Source: Eledone cirrhosa (lineage: Eukaryota). Taken from it: a DNA stretch of 64,000 bases. The position numbers and the translations under genes are program-made. The stretch lies in NCBI GenBank assembly GCA_964016885.1, contig OZ024742.1, forward strand, positions 98,580,001 to 98,644,000, read 5' to 3'. Positions 55,693-64,000 of this stretch are shown here, one piece after another; the first letter of the stretch is position 1; each line of letters begins with the position of its first letter. The notes beneath the pieces were generated by a model. It worked only from the letters and a program-made list of their open reading frames with translations, had not been told where the DNA came from and searched no databases.

Positions 55693-58257
55693 ATGCTAAC
55701 CAAAGACCATCTACCTTTGTCACTCAAGAACATTCCCATCCCATCTAGGAATACCTACGAAAGGTTGCTCATAGCTAGCGTAAACTCATTTGTTAAAATA
55801 TTAAGGTGGCGTGCTTTCCACTACGATAGGAACAGGGATAACACTTAGCAAACAACCCGGGTAAATAGGTATGGACTCAAGACATACAAGAGCCCACCGC
55901 ACAATAGTGGTCTGGATGGCTTTGAAAGCGACTTTCTAAACCTAGTTCAGAGTATTAGATATAGGACTAAAGGCCCTAGAAAGAACCCTTTCCGTAGAGA
56001 GCTTAGCTCTATTATTAAGGGCTTCGAGCAATATGCTAACATTCTCGTCCTCTCAGATGAAACAAAAAATGTATATTACTTGGACTACAAGACTTACAGA
56101 AACTACATATACAGGGAACTCTACAGAAATTATAAGAAACCTACCTATGGAAACTTAGACGAGATAAATAAGAAAGGGCTCGAAATAGTTAAGATGCTGA
56201 ACCTGGAAAGGTACACCCAGCCTTTCGCTCCTAAGCAACACAGATTCAAACTGAAGGATCACAAAGAGGACTTCCTTAGTAACCCCCCAATTAAGCTCAT
56301 TAGCCCCTCTAAGTCTGACTTAGGGATAATAAGTAAGAAAATATTGGACGCCGTCATCCCTGTTATACGAAGTAAAATTTGCCTTGACCAATGGGGGAAT
56401 ACTGAGGAGGTCATTAAATGGTTCTCAAGCATTAGTAACCATAAGTCCCTGAGGTTCATCCAATTCAATATCAACTCATACTATGCCTCGATCTCTCCCA
56501 TCCTTCTAAATAAGGCCCTTATATTAGCTATGCAAAATAGTGACCTGACTAGATCCCAAATTGACATTTTCCTTGCTGCCCGGAGAACTATGAACCTCTT
56601 CGAAGACAAACTTTGGATCCGGAAGAACACGCCGAATAATGTTGATGTGACAATGGGGTCCAGCGATTCGGCGCAGGTCACTGACTTGGGTGGACTTTAC
56701 CTCCTCCATGAACTGCATTTAACAATCCCGCATTTGAAAGGCGGGCTATACCGTGCCGACGCCCTGTTCACTATTGAATATAAAAAAAACATAATATAGA
56801 AAGGACGAGAAAAAACTCCATAAATTCTTCAAAAGCTTTAACCTTAGCATAACGATAGACATAAATAATAAAACGGTTAACTTTCTAGACGTAACCCTGG
56901 ACTTGGAAAATAAATACTTCTAATCCTACCACAAGCCAGAGGAAACACTAACATACGTGAATGCAAATTCCAACCACCCTAGACCCGTCCTAAATGCCAA
57001 CATTAAAGGGGTATCTAACAGGATTAGCACACTATCACATAATGAGAATGCATTTAGGTCTAATGCAAGGTACTATAATAAAGCACTAGCAAATTCCGGT
57101 TTTAGAGAAAAAATATACTACATACATAACAACGCCCAAACCACCAGTGCCGGAAAATATAACACACACAATATGGCATTGCCTAATAGAAGCGGATACA
57201 AAAATAGGAACTACACGGTTACTGTAGGCGGCACTGACCAAACCCAAGGGACTCCATTTAACACGCCTCACGGTATGGCAATAACAGTAACACTAGGATA
57301 AAAGCTAGAAAATTGAAGTGCAATGGGAAAGACAGGGAAGCCTGTGAACCGCTCCGGGTAAGGTTATCACCCCAGGTTCTCTCTACCACGGAAGATGGGT
57401 TGTCTATGCCCAGCGCCAACTCTTCCCCTAGTACGAAAAATAAAAAAATAGACGAAGATCTAATTCCTACTTTAATCCACCTTACAACTCGGAGGTATCA
57501 ACCAATATACCAAATGCATTCTTCTCGATCCTGGAAAAAAAAACTCCCCTCCCCCGGTAGTAAATACCATAGTATCATTAATAAAAACACAATTAAGCTA
57601 TCATTCTCCACTACTCCAAATCTAGCTCGTCACCTAGCCATAACGAACAACAACAAAATTAGAAAGGGTTTCGATACCATTGCAGCTGCGACACACCGGC
57701 AGCTACTAGATGGACCTGATACGGCGTCACCCATCAATACTATACACACATATGATATACAGTTGCCAAATATGGAACGCACGAAAACGAAACATCTCCT
57801 GTGCCGCAGACTCACATACACAGAAAATGTAACTGCAGACGAAAGGCGGACTGCCCCCCTAAATGGACAATGCCTTATAAACAATATTGTCTACGCAAGT
57901 GATGTAACAACTCGGACCACCTCCAAAACATATATAGGGTCGACATCGACCCCATTTAAGACCAGATACAACTCCCATCGCTATACATTTAGTCATGATA
58001 GACTTAATAATACTACATCCCTAGCTAGTTACATATCCCTCCTGAAGAACACTGATATGCAATACACGCTTGATTGGAGAATCATCACTGAACCATCGCA
58101 GTACAGACCCCCTAACAAGATCTGTGACCTTTGTCTCTCTGAATCACACGCCATAATACACTCCAAACTGAACCTGCATAATAGGAAGTCGGAGATATTC
58201 TCTTCTTGCCCGCACATAAATCTTAGCTCCTTTTATTATTTTAGACCAATTAGCTAA
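55693..58257 (+). pseudogene. PLE RT + GIY-YIG polyprotein (frameshifted)
   Basis: SLKNIPIP, LRWRAF, LKDHKEDF..LISPSKSDLG.ISK.ILD, FNINSYYASI, VTMGSSDSAQVTDL.GLY, GLYRADA (catalytic D lost), NFLDVTL, SNHP, CL.NNIVY..YIGST..FKTRYNSH, CDLCLSE, CPH. Confidence 0.9.
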
Positions 58258-60260
58258 CGCTGTACGACCTGCATAAATCCGTCCTGTCGGGCCACGTAAA
58301 ACCACGCCGCACTGAATCCTGGTTCCTTTGTGACGATAACTGCCCCTCAGGTGCATATAGACTACTCTAATACGTCTTCTCCTATCCCCCCTCTCTTAAT
58401 TTATCTCCCTCTCTTCCCTAGTTCATCTTATTGGACCACAAGCCAAGAACCCTGCGGTGGCACCCACGTAAGGCTTTCACTATACCTAGCACAACATGAC
58501 CCTATATATGCGCATACCCACACTAACCATGTTAGTATGGTTTATAAACACACCCATTGTGCGCTAACTGATAGCACAACACTATAGTCTGTCGAAAGCC
58601 CAGAAAACCCCGCCGCAGCTATAAAACGGGTGAATTGGGCACCCGGGGTCTAGTTAACCTTAACCCTAAAGTGTGTAATAGATCTAACCTAGTATAGTGA
58701 ACTATGGTAGCAAGTCGTGTGGGCCGGGCGCCGCTGAATCGACGAAGCCCCATGGGGAAGAGGAGGTTGATCACCAAGGGCTTCGAATCAGACAAAAGTC
58801 TCGCCCCTAGCACCCTGTTGGATATCAAATGAATCCGCCCTTTATGACGCGAATTACCTGCCATACCTTTCATACGTACACTACGACTTCCTGTGTTTAT
58901 ATTCAGAATACCGTTGTGTGTCAATAGCGAGAGATGAATATTTGAAACTTGGAGTTAGTTGAATGTGAATTCTGTTCCAGCTTTGATGAATTATAGAACC
59001 ACACTCAAGGCAAAGTGCAGCACTGGATATTGAACTCCCGCCGACCCAGGAGGGGTCACACCTGACTGTGAATGGATTGCACACTTCGGGATTAATAATC
59101 TAACGGGAAACCACGTGGCGGAAATATAAATAACATAGCTGTCATAGACGGGTTTGGTTGTGAGTTTCCCATCTATATATATCTATATATTCTACGGAAA
59201 TTTGCACTCACTATAATAAACCCGCCTATTATTATAACAATATATGCTCATTCTGCCATATGTGATTCTGGAAGTGGAGTTTCATGTATACACTTTTTCT
59301 CTATATGTAACGGGATTGCCATCACGATTTGTATTTGCTGTGGTACAGTTGTATGCGGTGCGATACATTGGTTGAACGCTAACTTGGACATACAGTGAAT
59401 TTCACCTGGCACGTTGGATTGAGTGATCGAATATTTTCCATTTCCACACATCTGTGCCGGCTGTATATCTGCCATGCATTTCTTTAACTCGTCGTACCTT
59501 CTTTTATTTGTTATTGTAGATTTTAGGTGTATATCCCAGACCGCCTATGGTGATTAATCCCCTGGGTATAAGTTTTGGAAAAATAGTGTTATCTCACTTA
59601 GCGTTCGGAACTGGAACATATCGATGTGGTTCGTACGGTGCGGATATGATAAGGAGAATCGACCTGTTACAAGGAGATATAATTGTAGTACAGCATCCCT
59701 CATATGGACTATCATACATGTAAGGCTGCATTACTGCTAACCACAATTCTTTTCACACTCATGCTTGCAAACTCTCTTGATCTGCCTGTACACCCTCTTT
59801 TTGCACTGCTTGTGCTTTGATGCATCTATGATTTGATTTGTCTTATATATTTTTGGGTGGGGTTTCCGAGCTTTTTGTTCCTTTATTGTTTTGTATATTT
59901 GTATTTATCTCTTTTCTTACCCCTGTATTTTTGTACTTTTTAATTATATTTTTTGTTATTTTCTTATATTTTCTGATTGTTTCTGATCATGCTGAGTAAT
60001 CCCCTCACTCATCCCTTGATACCCTCTCCCAACCTCTTTATCATCTATTGCACCATCTAAGTGATACATTTTTGGTGTAATTTTTAATTTTTAAATTTTA
60101 AATTTTTTAATTTTTAAAACATTTTATGATATTATGTGCATCATGTATTATGTCTTTCTCCATATAGCGCTAGCCTCGGGACCACCCTGCTGTTCATCTA
60201 ACCTTGTTCTGGTGACGCAGCTTGATGGAGCATGCAACTACTGATATACTGATGTTTATA

Positions 60261-60306
60261 GGCTCTGAAGATTCCTCCATGGTGTATGGATGAAACACTG
60301 TTAGTT
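60261..60306 (+). ncRNA. Hammerhead motif in the 3' pseudo-LTR
   Basis: GGCT-CTGAAGA-TTCC TCCAT(GGTGT)ATGGA T-GAAA-C(ACT)G-TT^AGTT then AATAAA; the 5' copy (~55383-55429) has a decayed core. Confidence 0.65.
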
Positions 60307-61077
60307 AATAAAACAATGTATTTTTAAGCACTCTTTGGTTATTCCTATAAATATATATATATGTAATCGAATAAATTGAAGAAAGAGAAGTAAACCGTCA
60401 AAATATATTTATATGTTGGGCTCCTCAGAGGCTCATAGGGAAGTAAAGGGTTTAATTAGGAACCCTGAATGGGGATGAGTACGATTTTAACATCGAAATT
60501 CATATCTCGGTGTTACAAAGTTAGATAATTATGTTTGTGGATAAGGGGGGGTATTTCCGGTGCTATTTGGAATTATCTGGTAAATTTCTTTTATAAAATA
60601 TTTAATTATTCCCCTAAGTCTAATTACTACGGGCTAATTTAATTATGCTTTGTCAAGCCAATTTGCAGAGGTGCAGTTAAGGTATGAATGTGAGTGTTCA
60701 ATAATATTACGGTCGTTTCAAGTTAGTATGAGGCTGCAATTTCAGCAAAGTTTTAAACGCCGAGAAGTGTAAAGGCATAAACGTCAGGGCCTGCACAATC
60801 ACATGATTATATGCCCGTGGTGTTTAAATGGTACAATCATCGATCCTGCAGAGATACTCGAGATTTATTCTGTTAGTGTGCAGGAATACGACGAGGCAGG
60901 GACACATGTAGTGCAACACCCTTGAGGGATGACGGGGGCTGGATAATATTATTGTTCACAGATGTTTAATTTTAACCAACAGTTTTAAGACAGGACAGGG
61001 CAATGGTGTAAAATGACCTGGTGCTATGGTGTGTGAGTATTACGCGGGGTCTATCTGTAGAACGACTGGTGTAGGCT

Positions 61078-62552
61078 ATAAGTTTATTCAGTTGGATATT
61101 GCTAACTACTACTCATCTATCACTCCTAATCTACTGAATAAGGCACTAACTTACGCATTTAAACATGCAGACCTAACTAGCAATGAAATGCACATTATAT
61201 TATCGGCACGGAAAACATTAATAGAATTTAATAACCAACTATGGACTAGGGCAGATAGAAATAATAATTTCGACATAACTATGGGATCTTCAGACTCAGC
61301 TCAGGTAACGGACCTTGTGGGCCTTTTTATAATTAATTCTCTACATAGAAAAATACCAGGGGTAACTGGAGGCTTATATCGTGACGAAATGCTTTTACTT
61401 ATAGAAAATAATAGCTGTGAACTAAATAGAAAAAGAAAACAAATTATACAATTGTTTAATTACCTTAATCTAAAAGTAGAAATAGAGAATAACCATAAAA
61501 TAGTCAATTTTCTAGATGTAACACTAAATCTAAACACATGTCTTCATTATCCATTTCACAAACTAAATGAGAAATTAAATTATGTCAATTTTAACTCTAA
61601 TCACCCCAGATCCGTTAAAAATACTATAGTGAACTTGGTTCAAGAACGAATCTCAAGAATTTCATCTAATAAGAATATATTTGATGAACAAGCGCATTAT
61701 TACAACGAAGCGTTAGGTAGAGCCGGGTATAAAAATAAAATTAAATACATCGATAATAATAATAATATACAAAATAACCAAAATAATAACAACTTTAATT
61801 ATGGTAACAATTTCAACAACTATAATAGAAAATATTACAATAACTCCAAAAGCCGTAAAAGAAATAGAACTAGGAATATATTATGGTTTGCTCCACCTTT
61901 CTCACTAAATATTAAAACCCCTATTGCTAAACTATTCTTTAAAGCTCTTGACAAACGATTCCCTAGAACACATAAATATTATTCAATTTTTAATAGACAT
62001 ACTATAAAATTAACTTACTCTTCCACCAAAAATTTAGCGCAAAATATTAATAGAATTAATAATAGAAATTTAAAACCTAACCAAAATACCAATAATAATC
62101 CAAGCAATATTCAATCGAATAACTGTAACTGTAGAAATAAATCAAACTGTCCGTTAAATAACAACTGCTTAGCTAAAAATGTAGTTTATAATTGTAATGT
62201 TAAAACTAATTTAAATTCATTTAACTATGTCAGTTCTACCTCTACAGAATTTAAATCCCGCTTCAATAATCATAAAAATTATTTTACAGATCCAAACAAA
62301 AAATCATCAACTTCGTTATCTAGCCTATTATGGGACCTAAAACGAGATAATGTTGAATATTCGTTGATTTGGAATATTATTTCACAAGCTACTCCTTTTA
62401 ATTCCTCTTCTGAAAATTGTGATCTTTGTATAGAGGAAATACTTTTTATATTAAAGACCAAAAATTCCCTTAATTTAAGAAATAATTTATTCAGTTGCTG
62501 CAGACATAGATTGAACTCAACGTTTAAATATAAATATAAATTTAAAATGTAG
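61078..62552 (+). CDS. 5'-truncated PLE RT + GIY-YIG ORF, same clade as 55693-58257
   Basis: LDIANYYSSI, ITMGSSDSAQVTDLVGL, GLYRDEM (DD to DE), NFLDVTL, SNHP, Asn-rich linker, WFAPPFS, CNCR..CPL..C, VVY..YVSST..FKSRFNNH, CDLCIEE, CRHR. The 17 codons from the ATG at 61026 look like unrelated flank. Confidence 0.88.
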
Positions 62553-62769
62553 TTTAATTAATTAAATAATTTAGTTAATATAAGAAACCTGTCGATAAAT
62601 CATTAGATTCCTTCACCTTTTTCATTTTCTTTGTATACCCAAGTATAAATTTTCTTCATAAATATAATTATAAATATAATAAACTATTCTAGAAAAGTTT
62701 ATCCTTTCAATATCTGGAATAAAATATACGTAAGATAAATTTCTATACTAAACATATTATTTTAGCTTT

Positions 62770-62945
62770 GATTCATTTTATTTATATTTTTTTATTAGAT
62801 TCATTTTCTTTTATTAGATTCATTTTTTTATTAGATTCATTTTATTTTTTATTTTTATTTTTTATTAGATTTGTTTGTATTCTGATAGCTTCTCATAATT
62901 TTTATTAGATTTATTTTTTTATTCTGATAGCTTCTCATAATTTTC
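62770..62945. repeat. Degenerate TTTTATTAGATTCA tandem repeats in the PLE 3' region
   Basis: Seen directly. Confidence 0.7.
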
Positions 62946-64000
62946 AAAAGTTTGTCCTCTCAATGTCTTGATTAAAATATACGTAAGATAAATTTCTATG
63001 CTTAATATATTAAACATATTATTTTAACTTGAAATATTCTATAGTATTTTGGGATATTTTAGTATTTTGATGTTTGTAGAATTCGTTTGCCTTTTAAGTT
63101 ATATTGATATAATTATAATCCTTTTGTATTTTATATACTCAATTGTACTATGTTATATGTTGATGTATGCTTATGTCTATGTACGGCTTATGTATATATA
63201 TGTGTGGGTTGACATACATATACATGTTATAGGTTTTTTGTGATTATATGTCAGTCTGTATATATGCATGAGTAACGCGTGTATACCAATTGAAGATGCA
63301 CACACATATCTATTCATGTATAGCTAAGAATTATGGGTGTGAATATACATGCTTACACATGCAGTTTTTGATTGCAGATATACATAACTTAACAGCCATA
63401 AATGCAGAAAAGTTAATCCTATATATTTGTAGATATATACTAAAATGTTTTAATTAATAACACAAGGAGTGTATAGCAATAAATAAAAAAATCACTTATG
63501 CTTTGTATGTATACATTGTGTGTGGGAGTAGATATAATGTGTATCTCTGAGTGAGTGAGTATATATATATATATATTTATGTGCATTTGTCTATGTATAT
63601 ATGATATACGATGGATAATTTCTCTAGCAATATATTTATTTTGTAGTGTTTAAATTCCAATTTTTTATATATTGATCCCAATTTTAAACTAATTTTATAA
63701 TCATAATTAAACAATGTGTAATTTCTCATATTATATATCCATATTCCATTCACGAATATTATTATTTCTAATTTTATTTATTCATTTCATCTCAATTGTT
63801 AACTCAACTTTATATAACATAACTTAAGGTTTTCGTTCTCTCCCCCTCTCTCTATCTATGCATATCTCTCTCTTGAGCTCTTTCTCTGTCTGATGTTTTG
63901 ATATCTCCCCGTTATTTTTCCTCTGTTCTCTTTTCTTTTTGCTTTCTTCTTTTTCTTTATCTATCTTTCCCTTTCTTTTCTCCACGTTTCTCTCTCTCTC

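Larger units (their letters stand above)
54591..60356 (+). mobile_element. Near full-length Penelope-like element with ~0.9-kb direct pseudo-LTRs
   Basis: 54591-55478 and 59423-60356 are direct repeats enclosing RT and GIY-YIG remnants; short (TA)n flanks. Confidence 0.9.

Noticed and set aside
60360-61077. Inverted terminus with an HHR upstream of the last PLE
   Set aside because: CTGAGGA is present on the minus strand near 60422-60428, but there is no GAAA or stems and no matching repeat in the window.

Overview
AT-rich, microsatellite-saturated eukaryotic DNA, intronic or intergenic. The SINE families and the (TA)n/(TACA)n/(TAGA)n density resemble an octopus (coleoid cephalopod) genome, which is an inference. 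I see no convincing host-gene exon, and almost all listed ORFs are microsatellite read-through. The real coding remnants are retroelements: a nearly intact R4/Dong-like RT+RLE element in (CATA)n (22451-25768), three large and several small Penelope-like element (PLE; RT + GIY-YIG) relics, and decayed RTE-like LINEs with their non-autonomous derivatives. The unexpected content is non-coding. (1) Many small, mutually dissimilar PLE-terminus elements sit in (TA)n, several as fold-back inverted repeats, and carry type I hammerhead ribozyme (HHR) motifs, including U3-A8 core variants. (2) A covarying bulged hairpin RCUC-[stem-loop]-UU-GAGY recurs in their ~90-100 nt tails, just beyond the point where the tail-less copies end. 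(3) One fold-back element (40121-40394) has arms that differ at 28 of 29 mismatched sites in one direction only (all G-U on the minus strand), the pattern expected if an ADAR-hyper-edited dsRNA was reverse-transcribed into the genome. All alignments were done by eye, so ends may be off by a few bases.
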